This document shows, piece after piece, positions 30,485-39,974 of a stretch of 64,000 nucleotides of DNA. Location of the stretch: assembly GCA_021732005.1 (NCBI GenBank), contig JAKFVT010000043.1:606-64605 (forward strand). Reading direction: 5' to 3'. A program made the translations under genes and the position numbers. Origin of the DNA: Mycobacterium sp. GTDB lineage: Bacteria; Actinomycetota; Actinomycetes; Mycobacteriales; Mycobacteriaceae. Under the pieces are notes generated by a model. The model did no database searches, was not told the origin of the DNA, and saw only the letters and a program-made list of their open reading frames with translations. Numbering within the stretch: position 1 is the stretch's first letter; every line of letters begins with the position of its first letter.

Positions 30485-32392
30485 GTGATCGTCGACTCCG
30501 CCACTCGGATCCCAGTGGGCAGTTCGTCTCGTCTGAAGCGGCTCCAGCGGTCGAGCGCGTGGAGTGTGCCCGAGGTGTGGTGGGCGACGCTGGCCACCGG
30601 GCTCTTCGTGCTGGGCTCGCTCACAGATTTCGCGGGCGGACCGTCCTGGCTGTCCTGGCTGCTGTATCTGGTGTGCTATGCCGCCGGGGGCTGGGAGCCC
30701 GCTCTGGCGGGCCTGAAAGCGTTGCGGCACAAGACGTTGGACGTCGACCTGCTGATGATCGCCGCGGCGCTCGGCGCTGCGGCGATCGGCCAGGTCTTCG
30801 ACGGCGCCCTGCTGATCGTCATCTTCGCCACCTCCGGCGCACTCGAGGCGGTTGCCACGAAGCGCACCGAGGACTCGGTACGCGGACTGCTCGACGTCGC
30901 ACCCGAGACCGCCACGCGCCTGACCGAGTCCGGTGCCGAGGAGGTCGTCGACGCCGCACTCCTCGATGTCGGCGACCTCCTGATGATCCGTCCCGGCGAG
31001 CGGATCGGCGGGGACGGCATCGTGGTGGACGGCGCCGGCGAGGTCGACCAGGCGCACATCACCGGAGAACCCCTGCCCGCCGACAAGACCCGCGGTGATG
31101 AGGTGTTCGCCGGCACCGTCAACGGCACGGGGTCCCTTCGCGTGCGGGTGATTCGGCCCGCGGCCGACACCGTCATCGCGCGGATGGTGGCGATGGTGGC
31201 CGAGGCCAGCGCCAGCAAGGCGCGCACCCAGCTCTTCATCGACAAGGTCGAGCAGCGCTACTCGGTGGGCATGGTGGCCGCCACCGTCGCTCTGCTGGTG
31301 ATCCCACTGCTGTTCGGCGCGGATCCGCAGTCGGCCCTGCTGCGGGCCATGACGTTCATGATCGTGGCATCCCCGTGCGCCCTGGTCCTGTCGACGATGC
31401 CGCCGCTACTGGCCGTCATCGCCAACGCCGGACGCCACGGCGTACTGGTGAAGTCAGCGGTGGTGCTGGAGAAGCTCGCGACCGTCACCCACGTCGCGTT
31501 CGACAAGACCGGCACCCTCACCCACGGCACGCCGCGGCTCACCCGGGTCCGCTCCTTCGACGCCGAACGCAGCGAGGCGGATCTGCTCAGCCTGGCGGCA
31601 GCGGCCGAGCACCCATCCGAACATCCGCTCGGGCGGGCCATCGTCGCCGCCGCGCAGCAGGCCGGGCTTCCCGTCCGGCAAGCCATCGAGTTCGTCGCCA
31701 CTCCCGGCAGGGGCGTGCGCGCCCGGGTCGGCGGCGACGTCGTCGACGTCGGCGCTGCCCCTGCGACCTTGCACGACACCGGCGACACGGCCGTCGTCGT
31801 ACGGGTCAACGGCATATCGGCGGGAGTGCTGACGCTCGCCGACCATCCCCGCGCCGAGGCCGCCGACGCCGTCGCCCGCCTGCGCGCACTCACCGGCACC
31901 GAGCCAGCGTTGCTGACCGGTGACAACCAGCGCGCGGCCGCTCAGCTGGCCGTCGACACCGGGATCGTCGACGTCCGGGCGGGATTGCTCCCCGCCGACA
32001 AGGTGGCCGCGGTGCGCGACCTCCAGGACGACGGCGGCCGGGTCATGCTCGTGGGCGACGGCATCAACGACGCCCCGGCAATGGCCGCCGCCCACGTCGC
32101 CGTCGCAATGGGACGCTCAGGCTCCGACCTGGCGCTGGAGACCGCCGATGCCGTGATCACCCGCGATGACCTGGGCACGTTGCCGACCATGCTGACCCTG
32201 GCGCGCCGGGCCCGCCGTGTTGTCGCGGCGAACCTGGTGATCGCCGCGACGTTCATCGTCGTGCTGGTCGCCTGGGATCTCTTCGGACACCTGCCGCTGC
32301 CGTTGGGGGTCGCCGGGCATGAAGGCTCGACGATCCTCGTCGGCCTCAACGGTCTGCGCCTGTTGCGTGACCGCGCCTGGACGGCGAGATAG
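30485..32392 (+). CDS. Heavy-metal P1B-4 ATPase (CtpD/CtpJ-like)
   Basis: TGE, SPC in the metal-binding TM, DKTGTLT, HP, GDGINDAP, HEGST. Likely leaderless GTG 30485 after TATGCT. Confidence 0.92.
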   Translation: MIVDSATRIPVGSSSRLKRLQRSSAWSVPEVWWATLATGLFVLGSLTDFAGGPSWLSWLLYLVCYAAGGWEPALAGLKALRHKTLDVDLLMIAAALGAAAIGQVFDGALLIVIFATSGALEAVATKRTEDSVRGLLDVAPETATRLTESGAEEVVDAALLDVGDLLMIRPGERIGGDGIVVDGAGEVDQAHITGEPLPADKTRGDEVFAGTVNGTGSLRVRVIRPAADTVIARMVAMVAEASASKARTQLFIDKVEQRYSVGMVAATVALLVIPLLFGADPQSALLRAMTFMIVASPCALVLSTMPPLLAVIANAGRHGVLVKSAVVLEKLATVTHVAFDKTGTLTHGTPRLTRVRSFDAERSEADLLSLAAAAEHPSEHPLGRAIVAAAQQAGLPVRQAIEFVATPGRGVRARVGGDVVDVGAAPATLHDTGDTAVVVRVNGISAGVLTLADHPRAEAADAVARLRALTGTEPALLTGDNQRAAAQLAVDTGIVDVRAGLLPADKVAAVRDLQDDGGRVMLVGDGINDAPAMAAAHVAVAMGRSGSDLALETADAVITRDDLGTLPTMLTLARRARRVVAANLVIAATFIVVLVAWDLFGHLPLPLGVAGHEGSTILVGLNGLRLLRDRAWTAR

Positions 32393-32552
32393 GTACGCCT
32401 CCTCTTTGTTTGCTCCGTCGTGGTGCGGAGGCGTGCTTGCCGGGCGCAGTGGGCCACGCGCGCGTACGATCCGATTTGCGGACCGGCATCCGCCACGAAT
32501 TGTCCCGCCACCTCGTGATACGTCTGCGCCGACCGGTGCGATGTAACTTGGT

Positions 32553-35500
32553 GTGATGTCCAAGCGCGCCGTTTTGAGGGGCGTGTCACCACATAAGCTC
32601 CTCACGGGCTTGGGTCGGGTGATCGTTCGCCACCCTCTGCTCGTGATCGCTGCTTGGCTCGTTCTGGCCGGCGCTCTGCTGGCCCTCATCACGCCACTGG
32701 CTGTTGTAGCGGCGCGCAACCCGCCGGACTTCCTGCCCAAAGACGCGCCCGTGCTCATCTCGGTCAAGAAGATGCAGGGCGCTTTTCACGAAGCCGATGC
32801 GGGCAATTTCGCCGCGATCATCCTCAGCAATGAGAACGGCCTGACCCCGGCCGACGAGGATGCGTACCGACGGATCGTCGACAACCTCAAGGACGACACC
32901 AAGAACGTGTCGTCGCTCCAGGACTTCGTGCGCACACCCGAACTGAAAGAGGTGATGACCAGCAAGGACGGGAAGGCCTGGAACCTGCCGGTCAGCATGA
33001 CGGGCACCATGGGCGCCCCGGACGGCCAAGAGTCATATCGCCACGTCATCAACACCGTCCAGGACGCGGCGAAGGGCTCGTCGCTGCAGGTCAATGTGGT
33101 GGGTGGGGCCTCGACCATCGAGGATATGAACGTCATCGGCGCCCGCGACCAGCACATGATCGAAGTCGCCACGGTGGGCTTGGTGTTCTCGATCCTGCTG
33201 CTGGTTTATCGCAGCCTGATCGCGATGCTGATGCCATTGATCACCATTGGCATTTCCCTGGTGGTCGCCCAGCAGGTCGTGGCCGGCCTCGGCGAGCTGG
33301 GTCTTGGCCTGGGCCCGCAGACGATGATGTTGATGGTCGGCATGATTATGGGCGCCGGCATCGACTACGGCGTTTTTCTCTACAGCCGCTATCAGGAACT
33401 CACCAAGACCGGGATGGGGTCCGACGACGCCCTCGTCGAAGCCCTAGCCACGATCGGCGAGGTGATCGCCGGCTCGGCGGGCACCGTCGCGCTGACGTTC
33501 CTCGGGATGTCCTTCACGAAACTGGCCATCTTCTCCACCGTCGGGCCCGCCCTGACAGTGACGATCGTGGTGGGCTTCCTGGCCTCGATCACGCTGTTGC
33601 CGGCATTCATCGTGCTTGCCGGCCGGCGGGGATGGATCAAACAGCGGCGCGACATCACCGGGCGATTCTGGCGCCGCTCCGGTGTGATGGTCGTCCGTCG
33701 GCCGGTCGCCTTGCTGGCGACCAGCGTGGTAATCCTGGGGGCGCTGGCCGCCACCACGTCGCTGATGAAGTTCAACTACGACGACCGCAAGAACCTGCCG
33801 CAGGACTCCGCGAGCAACCGCGCCTACGAGGTGATGGACAAACACTTCCCCATCAGCAGCACGCTGCAGCAGTTCCTCTTCATCCAGTCCCCGAACGATC
33901 TGCGAACCCCGAAGGCGCTGGCCGACATGGAGCAGATGGCCGCGCGCATCGCGCAGCTGCCCGACATCGACCTGGTGCGCGGAATCACCCGCCCGACCGG
34001 GGAAGTGCTCGAGCAGGCCAAGACCACCTATCAGGCCGGTGAAGTCGGCACCAAGCTCGGTGATGCGTCCAACCTGATCCACACCAACGACGACAACCTC
34101 ACCTTGCTCTCCGGCGGTGCCGGCAAGATGGCCGACGTTCTCGGCCAGATCCGCACCCAGGTGGTGGGATCGATCGCCAGCGTGCGCGGGTTGACCAGTG
34201 CGCTGGACACCATGTCGCAGAAGTACGGCGGAGCAAAGACTCTGGACCAGATCGACAAGACCGCGTCGTTGGTGACCAGCATGCGCTCGCTGGGCGACTC
34301 ATTGGGGCTGACCATTCTGCGAGTCACGGGCATCGGCGATTGGGCTGCGCCGATGCTCAACGCGCTCAACGTCTCTCCGGTGTGCGACGCGGATCCCGCC
34401 TGCGTCAACTCACGGTCGGACCTGCAGAAGATCGTCGACGTCGCCAACACCCCGGCCGTCAAGTCCATCGAGGAATTCGCTCGGGAACTCTCCAAGACCG
34501 ACGGATCGCAAAAGCTCGACGAGGCCGTCCACGACCTGAGCCAAAACGTCAAGAAAGTGACGTCGGCCGCGCGCTCACTCGGCGTCGGCCAACCCGGCGG
34601 GGTCGAGAAGAAACTCAACGATGCGGTCACCGGCGTGAACACGCTCGCCGATTCGAGTCGCCAACTGGCCGTGGGTGTTCAGACCTTGGTCGACCAGACC
34701 CGCAACCTGGGGCAGGGGCTGGATCAGGCGTCGTCGTTCCTGTTGGCGATGAAGCGGGAGGCGGCCGATCCGCCGATGTCGGGGTTCTACATCCCGCCGC
34801 AGGTGTTGACGATGGACGAGTTCAAGAAGGCCGCCAAACTGTTCGTCTCCGAGGACGGCCACTCGGCGCGCTATCTGGTCCAGACGGCGCTCAACCCGTT
34901 CAGCACCGAGGCGATGGATCAGACCAAGCTGATCGTCAACACCGCGAACGCGGCCACGCCCAACACGCAGCTCGCCGGTTCCGAGATCTCGATGGTCGGG
35001 TTCTCGTCGATCAACGCCAACATCCGGGACTTCTACGACTCCGACTTCGTCTACATCCTCTGCATGACCCTGATCGTGGTCTTCCTCATTCTCGTGGTGC
35101 TGCTGCGGGCGATCGTCGCGCCCCTGTATCTGGTGCTCTCGGTGGTGCTGTCCTACGGTGCGGCGCTGGGCATCGGGGTCGTGCTGTTCCAATTCATCCT
35201 CGGTCAGGAATTGGCATGGGGCGTACCGGGAATCGCGTTCATGGTGCTTGTCGCGGTCGGCGCCGACTACAACCTGCTGTTGATCTCCCGCATCCGCGAC
35301 GAGGCCAAATACGGTGTGCGCTCGGCAGTTATCCGCACTGTCGGTGCTACCGGGGGTGTGATCACCTCGGCGGGTCTGATCTTCGCGGCATCGATGATGG
35401 CCCTCACCGTCAGCAGCGTGCTCACCGCCGCGCAGATCGGCTTCGTGATCGGCGTCGGGCTGCTGCTGGACACCTTCCTGGTGCGCACGCTCACGGTGCC

Positions 35501-35711
35501 GGCCGCCGCCGTGCTGGTCGGTGACGCCAACTGGTGGCCGGCCAAACCTCCGCGCGTCAAGCTCGAAGCCGCCAGGCGGGCCGCCGCGAGCGCGGCGGCA
35601 ACCGCCCCCGTCGCGTTGCTCGAACATGACGAGACGGACGTGCAGGATTTCGATGACACCGAAGGTGAATCCGCCTGGGAGGCGGAAGGCGGGGCGACGC
35701 GGGACGACTAG
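32553..35711 (+). CDS. mmpL: MmpL family RND transporter of the long MmpL8/10/12 type
   Basis: GIDYGVF and GADYNLL D-Y pairs; QDFV..P.L...MTSKD motif; long helical insertion in the second periplasmic domain; 1052 aa. Confidence 0.92.
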   Translation: MMSKRAVLRGVSPHKLLTGLGRVIVRHPLLVIAAWLVLAGALLALITPLAVVAARNPPDFLPKDAPVLISVKKMQGAFHEADAGNFAAIILSNENGLTPADEDAYRRIVDNLKDDTKNVSSLQDFVRTPELKEVMTSKDGKAWNLPVSMTGTMGAPDGQESYRHVINTVQDAAKGSSLQVNVVGGASTIEDMNVIGARDQHMIEVATVGLVFSILLLVYRSLIAMLMPLITIGISLVVAQQVVAGLGELGLGLGPQTMMLMVGMIMGAGIDYGVFLYSRYQELTKTGMGSDDALVEALATIGEVIAGSAGTVALTFLGMSFTKLAIFSTVGPALTVTIVVGFLASITLLPAFIVLAGRRGWIKQRRDITGRFWRRSGVMVVRRPVALLATSVVILGALAATTSLMKFNYDDRKNLPQDSASNRAYEVMDKHFPISSTLQQFLFIQSPNDLRTPKALADMEQMAARIAQLPDIDLVRGITRPTGEVLEQAKTTYQAGEVGTKLGDASNLIHTNDDNLTLLSGGAGKMADVLGQIRTQVVGSIASVRGLTSALDTMSQKYGGAKTLDQIDKTASLVTSMRSLGDSLGLTILRVTGIGDWAAPMLNALNVSPVCDADPACVNSRSDLQKIVDVANTPAVKSIEEFARELSKTDGSQKLDEAVHDLSQNVKKVTSAARSLGVGQPGGVEKKLNDAVTGVNTLADSSRQLAVGVQTLVDQTRNLGQGLDQASSFLLAMKREAADPPMSGFYIPPQVLTMDEFKKAAKLFVSEDGHSARYLVQTALNPFSTEAMDQTKLIVNTANAATPNTQLAGSEISMVGFSSINANIRDFYDSDFVYILCMTLIVVFLILVVLLRAIVAPLYLVLSVVLSYGAALGIGVVLFQFILGQELAWGVPGIAFMVLVAVGADYNLLLISRIRDEAKYGVRSAVIRTVGATGGVITSAGLIFAASMMALTVSSVLTAAQIGFVIGVGLLLDTFLVRTLTVPAAAVLVGDANWWPAKPPRVKLEAARRAAASAAATAPVALLEHDETDVQDFDDTEGESAWEAEGGATRDD

Positions 35712-36709
35712 AACCGTGGGGTGGGCACCCAGGGCATGAAACGCGCCGACCAGCTCACCAGGTTGTCCGCGACCGCATCTTCGAGCCGGTATCGGGTGTT
35801 CACCGGGTCGTCGGTCCACAGCGACGAAATCACTTGAGCCAGACCGTCGATGCGCAGCAGGTTGAACTCCGAGTCGTCCTCGAGTTTCATCTCGCGCAGC
35901 GCCGCCTGGTACGGAAGGTCGATGTGTAGCGGCTTTTCCAGCCCGTCGATCGTGAACCCTGCGATGCCGTTCTCATCCTGGACGCGACGGAGGCTGGCGC
36001 CCTTGGCATCTGGGATCGGATGGCCCATCGGGTCGCCGGTCAGCGTCGTCGTGCTGCCGGTCACGGAGAAGGATCCCTCGGACTGCCGGTACGGCTCGTG
36101 TACCTCGCCCACCTTTCCGCCGCGGAATCGGTACTCGATGTCCACGCCGCCGGGCACGCGCCGACTTCGGGCCGATTTGGGCGGCAGCAAATCCAACCAC
36201 GACCGCACCAGTGCCAACGCGTGATAGCGATAGCCCATCTGGGACATCGCGACTCGGCTCACCTCGCCGAGCGTGCCTGACCGGATCGCCTCGCCCACCA
36301 GTCGGTACTGCGGCATGTTCATGAAGTCTTCACCGACCCGGATGGGCGACCACCGGCGGAACTGGGCCAGCCGGGCGAGGTCGTCGAGCCGCCCGACGCC
36401 GGGGGTGTCGATGACCAACGCTGCGCCGGGAGCCAGGTGGGCCAGTGACTTCAACACGGCGACGTTGTTGGTCACCGTCACCGACACCAGGGCCAGGTCT
36501 ATGTCGCCGGGGCGCAATGTCCGGGGATCCTCGATCGCCGGCACACCCCAGCGGTCGGCCGCGCGGGACGCGTTCGCAAAGGTGCGGGAGTGGACTCCGA
36601 CGACCTCGATGTGGGAGTCGAGCAGGCTCAACGCCGGAAGGAAAGCGTTGCGAACGCGGTATCCGGAACCGACGACCAGCGCCCGCAGCCGGCTACTGGG
36701 CTGTGTCAC
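35708..36709 (-). CDS. Gfo/Idh/MocA-like NAD(P)-dependent oxidoreductase (divergent)
   Basis: ALVVGSGYR Rossmann start, VVGVHSR, DLALVSV; DTP in place of the usual EKP; GTG overlaps the upstream TGA. Confidence 0.65.
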   Translation of the reverse strand: MTQPSSRLRALVVGSGYRVRNAFLPALSLLDSHIEVVGVHSRTFANASRAADRWGVPAIEDPRTLRPGDIDLALVSVTVTNNVAVLKSLAHLAPGAALVIDTPGVGRLDDLARLAQFRRWSPIRVGEDFMNMPQYRLVGEAIRSGTLGEVSRVAMSQMGYRYHALALVRSWLDLLPPKSARSRRVPGGVDIEYRFRGGKVGEVHEPYRQSEGSFSVTGSTTTLTGDPMGHPIPDAKGASLRRVQDENGIAGFTIDGLEKPLHIDLPYQAALREMKLEDDSEFNLLRIDGLAQVISSLWTDDPVNTRYRLEDAVADNLVSWSARFMPWVPTPRF

Positions 36710-37551
36710 ACAACGCCCGCGGCGGCCAGCGCACGGAAACCGACGGTCTGGGCGCGGATGTAGGCCGCCTGGGCCCGGGACAGCTCGTTGCGCGTCGTCG
36801 GCGGCAGCGGGGTGCCGGCCGGGATCTCGCCGCGGTCGGTCAGCGGGGTGGTGCTGCCCACCCGGTTCTCGTCGATCAGGGCCAGCAGTGCCGGATCGCT
36901 CAGGTGCGCCCGGGCGTCGGTGAACTCGGGCAGCCCGATCCGGTCGTTCGGCAGGCCGGCGGGCTGGAACGAGATCTTCAGCACCCGGCGGCGCACCGAG
37001 CCGCGGTTCGGCGAGGCGCGATGGAAGTACGACCGGTTCCACATCGCGGCCGTGCCGATCGGGCCGACCAGTTGGACCGCGTCACCGCCGGCGCGCATCC
37101 CGTTGTTGGGCCGGTGCGGGTAGAACTCGAACGCGCCGTCGTCCGCGCCGACCGGTGACAGCAGGATGAAAATGCTGATGAAGGACGGGAAGTCGGGGGT
37201 GTAGGACCGAATCGTCTCGGTGTCGCGGTGCCAGCCCAGCGGTTTGTCGCGGTGGATGTGCGGCCGGCCCTGGTTGGCGGCGATCTCGTAACTGTGGCAG
37301 TGGTACAGCAGAGCCGACGGGTGGATGCCGGCGATGAGCTGACGCACCGGCTCGCTGAACAGCTCGGCGAAGATCCCGGTTTCGGCCAGGGCGTCGGCGC
37401 TCGCGTACGACCGTCGCTCACCGTCGGTTCCGGCGAAGATCGGATCGAGGCGACGATTCCAGTCTTCGACCAGCTCGACAGGCCACAGTCCGGTGACATC
37501 GGCGATGCCCTCGTTTGCCAGCAGGTCCGTCACTGTCAGTGTCGACGTCAC
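36706..37551 (-). CDS. PhyH-like Fe(II)/2-oxoglutarate dioxygenase
   Basis: WHRD (HxD), SIFILLSPVGADDGAFEF, distal HRASPN..R; GGAGG RBS before GTG 37551. Confidence 0.75.
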   Translation of the reverse strand: MTSTLTVTDLLANEGIADVTGLWPVELVEDWNRRLDPIFAGTDGERRSYASADALAETGIFAELFSEPVRQLIAGIHPSALLYHCHSYEIAANQGRPHIHRDKPLGWHRDTETIRSYTPDFPSFISIFILLSPVGADDGAFEFYPHRPNNGMRAGGDAVQLVGPIGTAAMWNRSYFHRASPNRGSVRRRVLKISFQPAGLPNDRIGLPEFTDARAHLSDPALLALIDENRVGSTTPLTDRGEIPAGTPLPPTTRNELSRAQAAYIRAQTVGFRALAAAGVV

Positions 37552-37624
37552 CGGTGCTACCTCCCTCAGCGAATTGCGCGCCCCCACGCTACAGGCTATC
37601 GGTGCTGGCTGCGAGAGCCATAGG

Positions 37625-38227
37625 TCACTGCTTGGCGAACACGAACAGCCGGTGCTGGTAGCCGTCGACGTTTGCCCAGTTCTCCTCGTGGAGGCTGGCG
37701 TAGCCGCGATCCCGGAACAGTGTGCGGATGTCTTCTTCCAGGTAGCTGTTCAGCCAGCCCCGGCTGATCCGGTCGACGGAGCCGAGCTTGGTGCGCCGGA
37801 ACTGGTCGTTGCTGTCCGGGCAGCCGTAGGAGATCACGGCCCGCGGTACGTACGTCGACAGCCAGTCGAGCACCGACGGCACATCCTTCAGGTACTCCAG
37901 CACGCCCATGATCACGGCCACGTCGTAGGTGTCCGTGCCCAGGTTCGGCAGCGGCCGCTCGTTGAGATCGCAGACGATCGTTCCCGGGCCGCGGTCGACG
38001 AGGTCGGACGGTGTGTAGGTGCAGGACGGGTCGAGGTGCTTCTCGATAGCCCGGGTGCCGGCGCCGAACTCGATCACCCGACTGCCTGCCGGGATCAGTT
38101 CGGCGGCCCGCTTTGTGCGGGGCTCCCAGTCCGAGTAGAGGTTCCGGGTGTCGGCCCACCGCTTGTAGTCGGTCTTCTGCCGCAGTGCGGCGATGATCCC
38201 CAGCTTCGGGATGTGGACGCGGCTCAC
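37625..38227 (-). CDS. Class I SAM-dependent methyltransferase
   Basis: VIEFGAGT motif I, CDLN, YDVAVIMGVLEY. GTG 38227 chosen as start. Confidence 0.82.
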   Translation of the reverse strand: MSRVHIPKLGIIAALRQKTDYKRWADTRNLYSDWEPRTKRAAELIPAGSRVIEFGAGTRAIEKHLDPSCTYTPSDLVDRGPGTIVCDLNERPLPNLGTDTYDVAVIMGVLEYLKDVPSVLDWLSTYVPRAVISYGCPDSNDQFRRTKLGSVDRISRGWLNSYLEEDIRTLFRDRGYASLHEENWANVDGYQHRLFVFAKQ

Positions 38228-38486
38228 TGGATGTTCACCCCAACTGTTCGGTGCCGTGACAGGTTTTCCGAAGGTTAGCACCCCACCAAACGGTGGCTGG
38301 ACGTGGTTTGCGGGACAACCAACGCCGAAGTAAATTTTCGCCCGGTCAAATTCCGCAGGTGCGCACGCTGACGCCCATGCCGGTGTCCCGTGCGGCAGGA
38401 GGCTGGTGCCCAACGCGGCGTTTGCTGATAGAGTCTTGCAGGCCTGGTCGGGGGGCGTGGGCGAAAAAATAAGGGGAGTGACCCGT

Positions 38487-39974
38487 ATGCGACTAGCGGC
38501 TCGCAGCGCGGCGGTGGCGGCGGCCACCCTGGCAGCATTCTTGTCCTTGGTTCTCCTGTCGACATCGACAGCGGCCCTCAAGCTCCTCGCAAGTGGCGCA
38601 ACGGTTCTCGTGATGGGCGGAACCGGGCACTCGTTGTCGCCGGACGAGGACACCAATCAGTTCGTCCAGGACTACATGGCCAGCGCGCTCGGCAACTACG
38701 TCGCGCCCGCGTCGACGCTGGGCACCGGCGTCCCCGGCGGCCCGTACAACGCGGTCGCCGTCATCACCCCGGAACAGTCCGCGCCGAACAACGGCACGTT
38801 GACGTTCGATCAGTCGGTGGCGCTGGGCAGGCAGAATCTCGACAACTGCATCAAGGCGACGTCATCGTGCAGCTACAACGACCAGGTGGGATCCGTCGCT
38901 CCGACTCCCGGCGACACGTTCGTCGTCTACGGCTTCTCGCAGAGCTCGACGATCTCGACCCTCGAAAAGCGGGCGCTGGCAGCCGAATACGCACCCGGTG
39001 AGGGCCCCGACGTCAGCTTCGTGCTGACCGCCAACGGCAACCGCCCGAACGGTGGATTCCTCGCCCGCGGGCCCGAGGGCGTCACGATCCCGGTGGGCCT
39101 GCCGTTCGGCGGGTCGACGTTCAACGGACCCACCCCGACCGACACCCAATACGACACGACCGACATCGCCGCGCAGTACGACGGCTGGTCGGATTTCCCG
39201 GTCAACCCGCTGAACCTGCTGGCCGTGGCCAACGCGATGATGGGCGTCGACTACCTGCATCTCGGCGGCAGCTACGACAACACCACGCTCACCGATCCGG
39301 GCGTGGTCGATCAGGGCCAGTACGGCGACACCCACTACTACCTGATCTCCACCCCGGTGCTTCCGCTGCTGATGCCGCTGGAGAAGCTCGGGCCGCTGGG
39401 CCATGCGTTCGCCGACACCTTGGACGCGCCGCTGCGGGTGATCATCGAGTCTTCGTACGACCGCACCACCAGCCCAGGTGTGCCGACGTCGTGGAACGTC
39501 ACGTACTTCCCGAACCCGGTGAAATTCGCCCGCAACCTGATCGTCTCGATCCCCACGGGCTGGGACAACGGCATCCAGGACCTCACCGGCAAGCGCCCGT
39601 TCGGCACGACCCGGCCCGGACCCTACGGAGTCGGCGGTCCTGACGTCACCTACACCACCCCGGATACCACCTCGGATTCGTCGAGCGCGGCGGCAACCAC
39701 TGAGACCACCGCGGTGGCCGCCACGGAGCCGACTGTGAAAAAGGCGACGGCCGGCGTCAGGCCGCGCATGACGGCGACTACTACGACGGCCACCACCACG
39801 CCGACGACGAAGACCGCAGCCGCCGCCGCGACCGGCGGCAAGGACACGTCGTCCAAGGACACGTCGTCCAAGTCGACTAAGTCCTCGACGTCCTCGACGT
39901 CCTCGACGTCCACGCACAACAACGGTGTCGGCGGCTCCAAGCGAGCCAAGGCGAGCGCCGGCTCCAGCAGCTAG
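38487..39974 (+). CDS. Secreted PE-PPE-domain (cutinase-like serine hydrolase/acyltransferase) protein with S/T/K-rich tail
   Basis: Signal peptide, VMGGTG, GFSQS nucleophile, GNRPNGG, QYDGWSDFP..PLNLLAVANA; GGGGAG RBS. Confidence 0.88.
   Translation: MRLAARSAAVAAATLAAFLSLVLLSTSTAALKLLASGATVLVMGGTGHSLSPDEDTNQFVQDYMASALGNYVAPASTLGTGVPGGPYNAVAVITPEQSAPNNGTLTFDQSVALGRQNLDNCIKATSSCSYNDQVGSVAPTPGDTFVVYGFSQSSTISTLEKRALAAEYAPGEGPDVSFVLTANGNRPNGGFLARGPEGVTIPVGLPFGGSTFNGPTPTDTQYDTTDIAAQYDGWSDFPVNPLNLLAVANAMMGVDYLHLGGSYDNTTLTDPGVVDQGQYGDTHYYLISTPVLPLLMPLEKLGPLGHAFADTLDAPLRVIIESSYDRTTSPGVPTSWNVTYFPNPVKFARNLIVSIPTGWDNGIQDLTGKRPFGTTRPGPYGVGGPDVTYTTPDTTSDSSSAAATTETTAVAATEPTVKKATAGVRPRMTATTTTATTTPTTKTAAAAATGGKDTSSKDTSSKSTKSSTSSTSSTSTHNNGVGGSKRAKASAGSSS
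39840..39908 (+). repeat. Short in-frame tandem repeats in the PE-PPE tail
   Basis: AAGGACACGTCGTCC x2 (39840-39869) and TCCTCGACG x3 (39882-39908). Confidence 0.85.

Noticed and set aside
35708-37042. Track starts that extend ORFs far upstream (also 2228-3382, 37625-38656, 45670-47013, 46211-47680, 47985-49802, 49660-51765, 57404-62185)
   Set aside because: The extensions overlap neighbouring genes or promoters; RBS, -10 or stop/start overlaps support the shorter starts used.
39840-39908. Tandem repeats as a possible CRISPR or MIRU-type locus
   Set aside because: Short, spacer-less, in-frame repeats within a low-complexity protein tail; no cas genes.
30058-39974. Prophage or integrative element explanation for the accessory insert
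   Set aside because: No integrase, transposase, phage gene, tRNA target or terminal repeat was recognised.
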